From positions 1 through 38,190 of the forward strand of contig JAOAIA010000003.1 in assembly GCA_026414955.1 (NCBI GenBank): a DNA stretch of 38,190 nucleotides. The letters run 5' to 3'. Positions 1 through 9,976 of the stretch are shown piece after piece. The translations under genes were made by a program, and so were the position numbers. The stretch's first letter is position 1. Each line of letters begins with the position of its first letter. Source of the DNA: Candidatus Bipolaricaulota bacterium. GTDB lineage: Bacteria; Bipolaricaulota; Bipolaricaulia; RBG-16-55-9; DRXL01. The notes under the pieces were generated by a model, which was not told the origin of the DNA, made no database searches, and worked only from the letters and a program-made list of their open reading frames with translations.

Positions 1-1352
1 CTATGAAAGTTCGCCATCGCTTCTTCGATGACCGTGATCTGAAAATCCGGGTCTTTTTGGGTCTTTAAGAGATAATCGCGCACCATCGCTTGGTTGAAGT
101 TGGACGCGACCTCAGCAACGAAGAGCGAGTAGCGCGCGTAGACGAAGGGCTGATGCTTCCACGTGAAATACGAGTGCAGCGAGTGCCCCAGCTCGTGCGC
201 TAATGTGCTTAGACTGAAGATGTCGTCGTTGTAGCTCATGAGAATAAACGGGTGCGTCCCCGGAGAGCCTGACGAGAACGCCCCCATGCGCTTGCCCTTG
301 TTCACCGCGTAGTCCACCCAACGTTGCTCTAAGACGCCCTGGCGCAGTGTCTGGACATACTCGGCACCGAGGGGCTTCATGCCCTCGCAGATCCACTCGA
401 CTGTTTGCGTGAACGGGATCGTGAACTGTTTCTGTGTCAACGGCGCTCTGGTGTCATAGACGTAGAGCTTCTCGTAGCCCAATGCGCGCCGACGCATCTT
501 CCAATACCGATGCCAGATGGGCAGATTCTTCTTATACGTCTGAATGAGATTATGAAAGACCTCAACGGGGATATGGTTGGCCGTGAGAGCGGCTTCGAGC
601 GCAGACTTATAGCGTCGGGCGCGAGCCATGAAGACGTTCTGCTTCACCCCCGCGGCGATGCAGTTAGCCATGGTGTTCTTGAACGCTAAGAACGCATCGC
701 AATAGTTCTCCCACGCAGTCCGGCGGACTTCTCGGTCTGGGTGATGGAGCAGCGTACTAATAGTGCTATGAGTGATCTCGTGGCCGCCGGCGGCGGGCTT
801 GAACGTCAGCTCGGCATCGGAGAGAATGCCGTGTGTCGCGGCAGCCGTCCGGAACGGGTCCATCAGTTGGCGCAGAAGCTCCTCGACTTCCGCCGAGCGA
901 ATATGAGCTTGACGACGTTCCAGCTCGTCGAAATAGTGCCCATAGATAGACAGACGCGGCTCCTCTTTCGTCCACCGTCGCAGCTTCTCAAAGCCGATGG
1001 AGAGCATCTCCGGCTCGGCGAAGGCCATCGCGGCCATGACGCGCGCAAACAGCCCGCGCGCGCGGTCGTTCTTGGCAGCAGCAGCTTGATCAGTCGTGTC
1101 CACGTGATGCTGCATCCCCGCGTAGACGACGATCTTGCCCACGCTGCGCCCAATGCGCTCAACAAGATCAAACCAATCAGCTAAGACCTTGGGGTTTTCG
1201 CCCAAGCGCCCGCGAAACGACGCGAGCTGTGGGAGCTGCTCCGTGACTCTTTTGATCTCGTCCTCCCACGCTTGGTCTGACGGGAAGACGCTTTGAATAT
1301 CCCACGTTTGTTCAAGGGGGACTTGGCTGCGCGGCAGAACTTGCTGTGCCAT
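1..1352 (-). CDS. pepF: Oligoendopeptidase F (M3B family), 3' end runs off the window
   Basis: Hand translation from ATG at 1352 (RBS AAGGAG upstream) is open to base 1: [23 protein letters not shown]...[19 protein letters not shown]...[13 protein letters not shown]...[11 protein letters not shown]; HEXXH zinc motif and downstream Glu ligand. Missing from the ORF track only because it has no stop in the window. Confidence 0.95.
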   Translation of the reverse strand, partial: MAQQVLPRSQVPLEQTWDIQSVFPSDQAWEDEIKRVTEQLPQLASFRGRLGENPKVLADWFDLVERIGRSVGKIVVYAGMQHHVDTTDQAAAAKNDRARGLFARVMAAMAFAEPEMLSIGFEKLRRWTKEEPRLSIYGHYFDELERRQAHIRSAEVEELLRQLMDPFRTAAATHGILSDAELTFKPAAGGHEITHSTISTLLHHPDREVRRTAWENYCDAFLAFKNTMANCIAAGVKQNVFMARARRYKSALEAALTANHIPVEVFHNLIQTYKKNLPIWHRYWKMRRRALGYEKLYVYDTRAPLTQKQFTIPFTQTVEWICEGMKPLGAEYVQTLRQGVLEQRWVDYAVNKGKRMGAFSSGSPGTHPFILMSYNDDIFSLSTLAHELGHSLHSYFTWKHQPFVYARYSLFVAEVASNFNQAMVRDYLLKTQKDPDFQITVIEEAMANFH

Positions 1353-1387
1353 AGATTTAACACTCCTTATTCAGCTTTGTTCTTCGC

Positions 1388-1711
1388 TTAACTTATCTTA
1401 TCAAGTAGCTCTTGTAACGAACGGGCTTTTGTTTCGAGCACATTGAGCGATACCAGAAGATTGGCCCACGCTTGATCATAGGCTTCTGTGCTCGATAGAG
1501 CTTTTTGAAACTTGCGCATCGCGTCGCGGACTTTAGCAAACTCCTCTTCCAGCTCAGCGTAGAGAGCTTCCAGCGTCTCTTGCGACTCACCGGAAGAAGC
1601 GCGCCTGCGTGGACGAGCTTGTTTCATCTCTAACTCGATCTTTTGGTGGTGCTCTGCAATCCGCTCCTGCCAACTCGCAATCGCTTTGAGATCGCGCTTC
1701 TTCTTGTTCAT
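1388..1711 (-). CDS. Small helical/coiled-coil hypothetical protein (107 aa)
   Basis: ATG overlaps the HerA stop (TAATG at 1709-1713), fills the gap to pepF, amphipathic helical composition. Confidence 0.75.
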   Translation of the reverse strand: MNKKKRDLKAIASWQERIAEHHQKIELEMKQARPRRRASSGESQETLEALYAELEEEFAKVRDAMRKFQKALSSTEAYDQAWANLLVSLNVLETKARSLQELLDKIS

Positions 1712-3444
1712 TAGTGCATCACCACGCAGAAGTCCAGCCCCTTCAGCTCGAGGGGCTTGGAGTTGTCCGGGGCGTGCACAATCATGCGCCCGCGCTCAAA
1801 GTACGGCAGCACCTTCTGATAGCGCGGCGGCGCCCCAGCAAACTCCGCCATCTCTCGCTCCATCCCCAAGAGAATTCGCGTGCTGATCTGCGCCAGCACC
1901 GTCTCGTTCAGGTCCTTGGGACTCTGCGTGATGAGCACCAACGCCAAGCGATGCTTGCGCCCCTGCTTGGCCGCTTTAATGAACTTCTCAACGATGATGC
2001 GGTCTTGCTGAGTTTGATCTTTGGTGAAGTAGCGATGGGCTTCGTCCACGACCAGGACGATGGGGAATTTTTCGATTCTTCTCCCCCACTCTGTCGGCGC
2101 GCTCTTGAGCTTCGCATCGGCGATCATCGAGAGAATCGCCAAGACGACGACCCTTTCGGCGTCGGGGCTTAAGTGCTTGGTCGCGAAGACGCTCACGACG
2201 TCCTCAGCGAAGATATCGCTGTAGAGCTGGGTGAGCGAGTTGGCTCCTTGATCGAAGACTTTTTTAAACTGCGGACGATCCACACGACGCTGCAACGCTT
2301 GAAATGTCGCGGGATGAATCCGCCCATTCTGTTTGTACATCTCCAGAGTATTCGGATTGTCCACAAAGTCCAAGAACTCTTGGTACGTGCCGTGCTCGCT
2401 CTGATAGAAGAAGTCGCGCACAAGCTGGACTAACGAGACGTATTGGTTTTCGTCCAGCTCCCCGCCCGCGATCAAGTACGGAAAATCCCGCACAAGCTCA
2501 AACGGGATGGTGAAGTTCGTGTACTTGGGGCATCCCGAATAGCGCGGCTCGCCCTCAACGGCTGCATAGACCGTGAGCTTCTCTTTGATCCCGCCAAACT
2601 TTACCCCATGACCGAAGAGCATCTCCTGGTCTTCTTTGGCGAGATAGGGATTATCTTCGCGCATCTTCCAATATTCGTTCTCCGGGTCAATGATGACGAT
2701 ACACGGCTTGCGCTGCTCCCCACCGCGCCGCTCCATGGGGTAGACCGAGCCGACGACCTGTCTTAAAAAATTTTTGGCGACGTGGGTCTTGCCGCGCCCG
2801 CTCATCCCCGCGATCAGCACGTGCATAAAGATCATGGGGTCGCCGGTCTTCTTCTCGTCGTTGATGAGATAGTACGGCACATATTGTTTCTGTCGGGTCT
2901 GGATCGGCTCGCCGTTGACTGCGACATAGCCCAAAAACAGCCCGGAATCGGGAATATCCAGCCCGATCTTCACCTCGTCTTCACCCGTGACTTTGCGCAC
3001 GATCGTGTTGGGTTTGGGGATATAGCGCACCTCGAGGGCTTGGTGCTCCGGCCCGATCATCGAGATGGGGTTTAAGATCGCGGTCTCGATATAATCGTCC
3101 TCACCCAGGCGCTCTGCACCGATAAAGACGTGCACCTCGCTCATGTCATCTACAGCGTCGCGCTTGCGATAGCAGAGCTGCTCCACGCTCGCGAATATTT
3201 TGTAATCTTTATACCCCAAGGGGATGACGACGTAATCCCCAAGGGCAAGCTCGTTGCGCTTCTCCTCGGGGAGATAGACTTCGATATGGGTCTTCTTGTC
3301 TTCGGTGGCGATAGAAAGCTCTTCAGCGATGCAGATCCTGCCGATCTCGTCGGGGCCGAGGGCGTGTGCCCACTCGCGGCTGTCTTCGATGGGCTTCTCG
3401 GTTCGGATGCGGAGCTTTCGTTCCAACTCGACTTGGTCAGCCAT
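1711..3444 (-). CDS. HerA/FtsK-superfamily ATPase (DUF87-type) with N-terminal HAS-barrel-like region
   Basis: Walker A GMSGRGKT, IIDPENEY motif, Walker B LVVDEAH, arginine-finger region QGRKHR, ITQSP motif; N-terminal LGDYVVIP beta-rich region; RBS GAGGGGG. Confidence 0.88.
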   Translation of the reverse strand: MADQVELERKLRIRTEKPIEDSREWAHALGPDEIGRICIAEELSIATEDKKTHIEVYLPEEKRNELALGDYVVIPLGYKDYKIFASVEQLCYRKRDAVDDMSEVHVFIGAERLGEDDYIETAILNPISMIGPEHQALEVRYIPKPNTIVRKVTGEDEVKIGLDIPDSGLFLGYVAVNGEPIQTRQKQYVPYYLINDEKKTGDPMIFMHVLIAGMSGRGKTHVAKNFLRQVVGSVYPMERRGGEQRKPCIVIIDPENEYWKMREDNPYLAKEDQEMLFGHGVKFGGIKEKLTVYAAVEGEPRYSGCPKYTNFTIPFELVRDFPYLIAGGELDENQYVSLVQLVRDFFYQSEHGTYQEFLDFVDNPNTLEMYKQNGRIHPATFQALQRRVDRPQFKKVFDQGANSLTQLYSDIFAEDVVSVFATKHLSPDAERVVVLAILSMIADAKLKSAPTEWGRRIEKFPIVLVVDEAHRYFTKDQTQQDRIIVEKFIKAAKQGRKHRLALVLITQSPKDLNETVLAQISTRILLGMEREMAEFAGAPPRYQKVLPYFERGRMIVHAPDNSKPLELKGLDFCVVMH

Positions 3445-3482
3445 AGACTACCCCCTCTGCTGCGATCTGTCTTATAGTATAG

Positions 3483-3494
3483 TATCATAAAGCC
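3483..3494 (+). promoter_or_regulatory. -10 box for a probably leaderless ispE transcript
   Basis: TATCAT at 3483-3488, 6 nt before the GTG start at 3495, no Shine-Dalgarno; the divergent intergenic gap is only 50 bp. Confidence 0.5.
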
Positions 3495-4367
3495 GTGAGC
3501 AAGACCGTGAAGGCGTTTGCCAAGATCAATCTCGGCCTGCGGGTGCGGGGCCAACGCCCTGATGGGTATCATGAGATCGAGACGCTCTTCCAGAGCGTAG
3601 ATTTACATGACGTGCTCACGCTCGTACCCCAGAAGAAAGAGTGCGAGATTCTTGTGACGGTCAGCAGTCTGTGGCCGGTGCCCCAAGGGCGGGAGAATCT
3701 CGTCTATCGCGCGGCTGAGCTTATCTTCAGTCATACAGGGCTGAAGGCGGGCGTGCGCATTCACCTAGAGAAGCGCATTCCTGTAGGCGCGGGCTTGGGC
3801 GGGGGATCCAGCGATGCTGCCGCGACGCTGGTGGGGCTGAACGAACTTTTTCAGTTTCAGCTTAGCGACGCTGAGCTGCGCCAGCTCGCTCTGGAGCTGG
3901 GCAGTGACGTCCCGTATTTTCTGATCGGAGGGCTGTGTCGCGGGCGGGGCCGGGGAGAGATTTTAGAGAGACTTCCCTCCTATCTAGAAGAATATAGCTT
4001 TGTGCTCATTAAGCCCGCCAGTGCACTCTCGACAGAGGCCGTCTATCGCGAATACGATCTCTTGCGGGTACGTGGCTGGCAGCCGCCGGCAGCTCGGCTG
4101 TGTGAGGGCATAGACTGCGCCAACGACTTAGAAGACGCAGCTCTGCGATTGTGCCCGCAGTTAAGAGAGCTGCGCCACATCTTGAGCGAGTTGCAGCCCG
4201 ATCTATGGGGGATGAGCGGCAGCGGGCCAACGTATTATGCTGCCTGGCGCGCTCCCGCTTACGCGCAGAGAGCAGCTCAGGCGCTGGCTCGAAGGGGCTA
4301 TGATATCTACCGAACACAGCCTACGAATAACAGCTACGAATTTGCTGAGGAGTCCACGGCTCTTTAA
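3495..4367 (+). CDS. ispE: 4-diphosphocytidyl-2-C-methyl-D-erythritol kinase
   Basis: AKINLGL, GYHEIET, GHMP motif KRIPVGAGLGGGSSDAA, LGSDVP, MSGSGPT. Confidence 0.97.
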   Translation: MSKTVKAFAKINLGLRVRGQRPDGYHEIETLFQSVDLHDVLTLVPQKKECEILVTVSSLWPVPQGRENLVYRAAELIFSHTGLKAGVRIHLEKRIPVGAGLGGGSSDAAATLVGLNELFQFQLSDAELRQLALELGSDVPYFLIGGLCRGRGRGEILERLPSYLEEYSFVLIKPASALSTEAVYREYDLLRVRGWQPPAARLCEGIDCANDLEDAALRLCPQLRELRHILSELQPDLWGMSGSGPTYYAAWRAPAYAQRAAQALARRGYDIYRTQPTNNSYEFAEESTAL

Positions 4368-4376
4368 GATAACTGT

Positions 4377-6059
4377 ATGAACGTGCGTCTTGGACTAGCG
4401 CAGATCAACACGACCGTCGGCGATCTTGAAGGCAATGCCCAGAAAGTCTTAGAATATCTTGAGCGTGCCCGCGCCGAGAACGTTGATATCCTTGCCTTCC
4501 CCGAATTGACGCTCACAGGCTATCCCCCAGAAGACCTGCTCTTCCGAAGGGACTTTCTCAGAGCCACCAAAGAGACGCTCACCAAGACCATCCCCCACGC
4601 GCGCGACCTCCTCGCTATCATCGGGTTTGCCGAGCATGAGCGAGATCGAATCTACAATGCCGCAGCGGTCATCTGCGATGGACAGCTTGTGGGGGTCTAC
4701 CGCAAGCACTGCCTGCCCAACTACGGCGTCTTCGACGAACTGCGCTATTTCCGCCCCGGCGACAGTCTTTCTCTCTTCACCGATGGGAACCTCACGTTCG
4801 GAGTCACGATCTGCGAGGACTTATGGTGCACCGACAGCCCCATCGCCGCGCAAGCCCGCGCGGGAGCACAGCTTATTCTCAATATCTCGGCTTCGCCCTA
4901 TGAGACCCAAAAGCCCTATCAGCGCGAGGCGCTGCTCGCCGCGCGCTCAGCGCAAGAGAAAGTCACTCTCGCTCTGTGCAACCTCGTGGGCGGCCAGGAC
5001 GAGCTCGTCTTCGACGGACAGAGCTTGATCTATGACAGAGAGGGCAAGATGCTCGCGCGCGCCAAGGCCTTTGAAGAAGACCTCTTGATCGCTGACCTGG
5101 CGCTGGCGCCGACCAAACACGTGGCGCTGTCACGTGACGTGATCGCACTCCCCAGAGCGATAGGGCGCTACCCTGCCCACAAGAGAGTGCCGCGCATCGA
5201 ACCGTCTCTCCCGGAAGCCGAAGAGATCTATCGCGCCTTGGTGCTGGCTACGCGAGACTACGTGCGCAAGAACGGCTTTGAAAGGGTCATTATCGGGCTT
5301 TCAGGGGGCATTGACTCATCGCTGGTCGCGTGCATTGCTACCGATGCGCTCGGCCCGCAGAACGTCTTCGGGGTCTTCTTGCCCTCACCGTTTACGTCAC
5401 CGATGAGCCATGAAGATGTCCAGCAGCTTGCTCGCAATCTCAAGATCGAGCTGGTGACCCTAGAGATAGATGCTTTGTACGAGAGCGCGCTTCGGACGCT
5501 TGCGCCCGCCTTGGCTCACGCCAGACCCGACACGACTGAGGAGAACATTCAAGCGCGGTTGCGGGCGCTCCTGTGGATGGCGCTCTCGAACAAATTCGGC
5601 GCGCTGGTGCTCACCGCGGGCAACAAGAGCGAACTCGCGGTCGGGTATGCGACGCTCTACGGCGACATGGCCGGCGGCTTTTGCGTGCTCAAAGACCTCA
5701 CCAAGACGAGAGTCTATCACGTGGCGCGCTGGCGCAACGCCCAGTCCCAAGTCATTCCTCAAAGAGTGTTGGAGCGAGCCCCCACGGCGGAGCTGCGCCC
5801 CGATCAAACCGATGAGGCAGACCTGCCCGCGCCCTATCGCGATCTGGATCGTGTGATCGAGGCGTTTGTGGAGCGCGACCAAAGCCCCGAAGAGATCGCG
5901 CAGGCGTTGCTTCTTTCTGAAGACGTCGTGCGCCAGATCATCGCGCTGATACGGAAGAGCGAGTACAAGCGTCGGCAGGCTCCCCTAGGGCCGAAGATCT
6001 CTCAGCGCGCTTTTGGGCGCGACTGGCGCCAGCCCATCGTCAATCGCTACAACAAATAA
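4377..6059 (+). CDS. nadE: Glutamine-dependent NAD+ synthetase
   Basis: Nitrilase-like domain (FPEL, K in YRKHCLPNY, TICED) plus GLSGGIDS, ENIQAR, GNKSE, YATLYGD, SEYKRRQ. Confidence 0.97.
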   Translation: MNVRLGLAQINTTVGDLEGNAQKVLEYLERARAENVDILAFPELTLTGYPPEDLLFRRDFLRATKETLTKTIPHARDLLAIIGFAEHERDRIYNAAAVICDGQLVGVYRKHCLPNYGVFDELRYFRPGDSLSLFTDGNLTFGVTICEDLWCTDSPIAAQARAGAQLILNISASPYETQKPYQREALLAARSAQEKVTLALCNLVGGQDELVFDGQSLIYDREGKMLARAKAFEEDLLIADLALAPTKHVALSRDVIALPRAIGRYPAHKRVPRIEPSLPEAEEIYRALVLATRDYVRKNGFERVIIGLSGGIDSSLVACIATDALGPQNVFGVFLPSPFTSPMSHEDVQQLARNLKIELVTLEIDALYESALRTLAPALAHARPDTTEENIQARLRALLWMALSNKFGALVLTAGNKSELAVGYATLYGDMAGGFCVLKDLTKTRVYHVARWRNAQSQVIPQRVLERAPTAELRPDQTDEADLPAPYRDLDRVIEAFVERDQSPEEIAQALLLSEDVVRQIIALIRKSEYKRRQAPLGPKISQRAFGRDWRQPIVNRYNK

Positions 6060-6143
6060 TAAATACAGCTTTGGCCGTAGTTCAAGTTGCCCGGCGCCGC
6101 TTGTAAAGTTTTCTCATTTGTGTTATACATGACCCAAAGAGTT

Positions 6144-7691
6144 ATGTTTGCCAAGGCTATCAGCGGGGCGGTCGTCGGCATTGACGCCGAATTGATCGAA
6201 GTCCAGTGCGATATCGCGCTGGGACTGCCGACGTTTACTATCGTCGGGCTGCCTCAGAAAGAAGTCCAAGAGAGCCGCGAGCGCATCCGCAGTGCCCTCA
6301 AAAACGCGGGCTTCGACTTCCCCGCCAAAAGAATCACAGTCAATCTCGCGCCCGCAGACTTACCCAAAGAAGGGGTCGGGTTGGACCTGCCCTTGGCACT
6401 AGCGATCTTGGTCGCCACGGGTCAGATCTCCGGTGAGCGTCTTACGGGATTTTTAGCTCTCGGAGAGCTGTCGCTCGACGGGGAGGTGCGCCCAGTCAAG
6501 GGCGTCCTGCCCATCGCTTTAGCCGCGCGCAAGAATAATCTCAAGGGCGTCATCGTCCCTGCAGGCAACGCCAAGGAAGCTGCAATCGTCTCGAATTTAG
6601 CAGTCTACGCGGTAGAAAATCTGCAACAAGCAATCGCGTTTCTCAACGGCGAGCTTCAGTTACAGCCGACGACCGTCGCGCTGGAGTTGCTGCTGGGGGA
6701 TGGCCCACTCTATGAGTGTGACTTGAGCGAGATCAAGGGGCAAGAGCAAGCCAAGCGCGCCCTCGAAGTCGCGGCTGCTGGGGGGCATAATATTCTCTTC
6801 ATTGGCCCGCCGGGGTCGGGCAAGAGTATGCTCGCCAAGCGTCTACCCACGATCTTGCCCCCGCTCTCGTTCGACGAAGCTTTAGAAGTCACAAAGATTT
6901 ACAGCATTCTTGGGCTGTTGCCCCCAGATCGCCCGTTGATGATGACGCGGCCCTTTCGTGCGCCGCATCACACGGTCTCCTACGCGGGCATGGTCGGGGG
7001 CGGGCATGGCCAGCCCCGCCCCGGCGAGATCTCGTTAGCGCATCACGGCGTCTTGTTCTTAGACGAGCTGCCGGAATTCGACCGCGACGTCTTAGAGACG
7101 CTGCGTCAGCCCCTTGAAGAGCGAGCGATCACGCTCTCGCGGGCCGCAGCAGCTCTGACGTTCCCGGCCAACTTCATGCTCGTCGCGGCCATGAACCCCT
7201 GCCCCTGTGGCCATCGAGGAGACGCGAAAAAGCCCTGCCGCTGCAGCCCCCTGGATGTGAAACGCTACCGCAAGCGGATTTCCGGCCCGTTTCTTGATAG
7301 AATAGATATGTTTGTGGAGGTGCCACGGCTGACCAAGGAGGAGTTGATGGGAAAGCCTGCGGGCGAAAGCTCTCACAGCGTTCGCGCGCGGGTGGAGCGC
7401 GCTCGTCGGATTCAGGGCGAGCGTTTTGGCGGAAAGCTCTTCGCCAATGCTCAGATGGGGCCTCGCGAGATGCAGGCGTATGTGCACCCTGCTCTCGAAC
7501 CTCAGGCGCGGGGGCTGTTAGAACGAGCTATTGATCACTGGGGCCTCAGCGGACGAGCCTATAACCGCGTGTTGAAGGTCGCTCGCACGATCGCTGATCT
7601 GGACCAATCGGAGATGATTCGCACGGCGCATATCGCCGAAGCGATTCAGTATCGCAGCTCAGAAGAAAGTGTACTCGAAGGAGGTATGTAA
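6144..7691 (+). CDS. comM: YifB/ComM Mg-chelatase-like AAA+ ATPase
   Basis: IVGLP...ESRERIRSAL, NLAPADLPKEG, GELSLDG, GPPGSGKSM, PFRAPHH, LFLDELPEF, MNPCPCG. Start placed at ATG 6144 (alternative 6129). Confidence 0.93.
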   Translation: MFAKAISGAVVGIDAELIEVQCDIALGLPTFTIVGLPQKEVQESRERIRSALKNAGFDFPAKRITVNLAPADLPKEGVGLDLPLALAILVATGQISGERLTGFLALGELSLDGEVRPVKGVLPIALAARKNNLKGVIVPAGNAKEAAIVSNLAVYAVENLQQAIAFLNGELQLQPTTVALELLLGDGPLYECDLSEIKGQEQAKRALEVAAAGGHNILFIGPPGSGKSMLAKRLPTILPPLSFDEALEVTKIYSILGLLPPDRPLMMTRPFRAPHHTVSYAGMVGGGHGQPRPGEISLAHHGVLFLDELPEFDRDVLETLRQPLEERAITLSRAAAALTFPANFMLVAAMNPCPCGHRGDAKKPCRCSPLDVKRYRKRISGPFLDRIDMFVEVPRLTKEELMGKPAGESSHSVRARVERARRIQGERFGGKLFANAQMGPREMQAYVHPALEPQARGLLERAIDHWGLSGRAYNRVLKVARTIADLDQSEMIRTAHIAEAIQYRSSEESVLEGGM

Positions 7692-9944
7692 GTGGTGCGC
7701 AGAATTACAGTGTTCATCGGCGTATGGGTGGGGTTAGTGGTGGTTGGGGTTGTTCTCGGCATGGCCCAAGGGACGACCTACACGGTGCGCGAGGTCGTGA
7801 TCATGGGCAATAAAGCCCTGACCAAGCGCGAGATCTACGACGCGCTGCCGTTCAATATCGGCTCGCGCATCACCCTCGAAGATGTAGAAAAAGGCGCTGA
7901 AGCTGTGCGCGCCTTGGGCACCCTGGAGAAGGTCGAAGCCGACTATAGAATACTCCAGAACGGCATCCGCGTGATTTACCGTGTCGTTGAGCATCCGGTC
8001 GTCAAGAGGATCGAGTTCACCGGGACTGAGAACTATCAGTTCCATCTCATTGACATCTGGGGGATCAAGCTCTTCCCCTACAAGATGAAGCTGGCGCGTC
8101 GCGACGAACTCATTGATGCTCTGCGCGACGCCAAGGTCGAAGAGAACAAACCCCTCAACATGAGATGGTTCGATGACAAGATCATCGAGAACACGATCAC
8201 GCAGTTCTATCTGAAGAAGGGGTACACGTTCATCGGGGTTGATCCCGTCTTCAATCGCGAGAAGCAGACGCTCACGATTCAGATCGTCGAGGGCAAGCTC
8301 GACGCGGTAGAGATTCGCGGGTTGCAAGAGGTGCCGGAGTCACTCGTCAAGCCGTGGTTACAATTGCCCGTGGGCGAGCCGGTCAAGATCGCTCCCATCC
8401 AAGAGGCGATCAAAGCGATCAATCGCTCTATTTACTTCCAACAAGCCGACGAAAACACCATCCAGGTCGAACCGGGGAGCAAGCCCAATTCCGTCAAGAT
8501 CATTTGGAACCTCAAGGAACGCCGTCTCCTCGAGGCGCCCACGGAGATCCGCGCGATTCAACTCACCGGGGCCACGGTCTACCCCATCGCGCAGCTTCAG
8601 GCCCTCATCGGGAGGCTCCCCCACGGGCCGGTCACTAACTTCGCGCTGTTGACCGCGCTCAAGCGCGCCTATGACCTCTATCGTCTTGACGGGTATCTGT
8701 TGGTGAACTTCGTCACAGAGTCTCTGGGTGACGGCGTGCTGACCGTGCGCATTACCGAGGGGCGCATCACGAAGGTGGCGATCTCCAACGCCTGCAAGCC
8801 CGGCTTGAAGTCCGTGATCATCCCCAACGTGTTAGAGTTCCCCAGGCAGTGCACGTCGGAGCTGGTCATTCGGAAGGCCCTGCGCCTCAAAGAAGGGGAC
8901 CTCGTCAACGAGAATCCCTTGCGCGACAGCTTCAGAAATCTCTTGCAGTTGGGGTACTTCAAACAAGATGGCGTGAACATCCAACCGACAGTCGTGGATG
9001 AGTCCACCGGGGAAGTCGAGCTTGTGGTCAGCGTCGTCGAGGAGGATCAATTGGGGAACGTCAAGGGCGGTATCAGCTATAACCCCCAAGTGGGGATTGT
9101 CGGACAGATCAGCGTGGGCTGGAAGAACATCTTGGGCACAGCTCAAGACGTTGATCTCGCTGTTGATCGCGGCCTGGTCGGCAAAGAAGTGCTCAACTAT
9201 TCCTTCACCTACAAGACCAGCGGGTACTTCAGAGAGTATAATTCTGTCGAAGTCTCGCTGTTTAACAACACGCAGCAGCAGACCGATCCCCAGCCGCACG
9301 CCATGACCAAGGCTGGAGCGACATTCGCCCTCAGCTACCCCCTGATGTCCGATCTCACGCTGACGCTGCGCTTCCGCTACGAGGACGTGTGGAAGGCCGA
9401 GCCGATCAACGAGAAGAGCCTGATCATGTCGTTAGGAATTAATCTGGTGCGGGACACTCGCAATAATCCGCTCTTCCCCTCCTCCGGGGGCGAGTGGATT
9501 CTCATGGGGGAGCAAGCAGGCAGATTCGCGGTGGGCACGGAGTTCACCAAGCTTCAGGGGATCTGGACACACCACTGGCGGACGCTGGAGCGCCAAACGA
9601 TCTCCGTGCGGCTCTACGGAGCGTTCGGGCTGACGCTGCCCTTGCAGGAGCGCTTCGGCTTCGGCGGGGTGATGACCGTGCGCGGCTGGGGCACGTCGTT
9701 TACGGATCAGTTTGGGCTGGCCAATCTGGAATATCGTATGGAGTTGGCCGAGAACATCTGGGGCGTCTTCTATTATGATCTGGGATGGGCGGAGGGGGTG
9801 GGAATGCGACAGGCGCTTGGCTTTGAGATGCGCGTGGTGACGGGGTTCATCGGGAACGTGCGGCTTGTCTTAGCCTGGCCGTTCTTCGAGACGGGGCTCC
9901 AGATCGCGCCGGTCTTCCAGTTCGGCTTCGGAACGATGTTCTAA
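7692..9944 (+). CDS. bamA: Omp85/BamA-family outer-membrane assembly protein with about 5 POTRA domains
   Basis: Signal peptide; five POTRA-like repeats ending ...VVEHP/IVEG/LKER/ITEG/VVEE; barrel motifs WKNILGTAQ, RDTRNNPLFPSSG, loop-6 VRGW, C-terminal FQFGFGTMF; adjacent to skp and fabZ. Confidence 0.88.
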   Translation: MVRRITVFIGVWVGLVVVGVVLGMAQGTTYTVREVVIMGNKALTKREIYDALPFNIGSRITLEDVEKGAEAVRALGTLEKVEADYRILQNGIRVIYRVVEHPVVKRIEFTGTENYQFHLIDIWGIKLFPYKMKLARRDELIDALRDAKVEENKPLNMRWFDDKIIENTITQFYLKKGYTFIGVDPVFNREKQTLTIQIVEGKLDAVEIRGLQEVPESLVKPWLQLPVGEPVKIAPIQEAIKAINRSIYFQQADENTIQVEPGSKPNSVKIIWNLKERRLLEAPTEIRAIQLTGATVYPIAQLQALIGRLPHGPVTNFALLTALKRAYDLYRLDGYLLVNFVTESLGDGVLTVRITEGRITKVAISNACKPGLKSVIIPNVLEFPRQCTSELVIRKALRLKEGDLVNENPLRDSFRNLLQLGYFKQDGVNIQPTVVDESTGEVELVVSVVEEDQLGNVKGGISYNPQVGIVGQISVGWKNILGTAQDVDLAVDRGLVGKEVLNYSFTYKTSGYFREYNSVEVSLFNNTQQQTDPQPHAMTKAGATFALSYPLMSDLTLTLRFRYEDVWKAEPINEKSLIMSLGINLVRDTRNNPLFPSSGGEWILMGEQAGRFAVGTEFTKLQGIWTHHWRTLERQTISVRLYGAFGLTLPLQERFGFGGVMTVRGWGTSFTDQFGLANLEYRMELAENIWGVFYYDLGWAEGVGMRQALGFEMRVVTGFIGNVRLVLAWPFFETGLQIAPVFQFGFGTMF

Positions 9945-9976
9945 ATCTATCACCCCACTAAAGGAGGAACGCGACT

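Noticed and set aside
1-1352. Apparent gene-free or pseudogene region with only short ORFs in the track
   Set aside because: Hand translation gives one uninterrupted pepF frame running off the left edge; the short ORFs are shadows.
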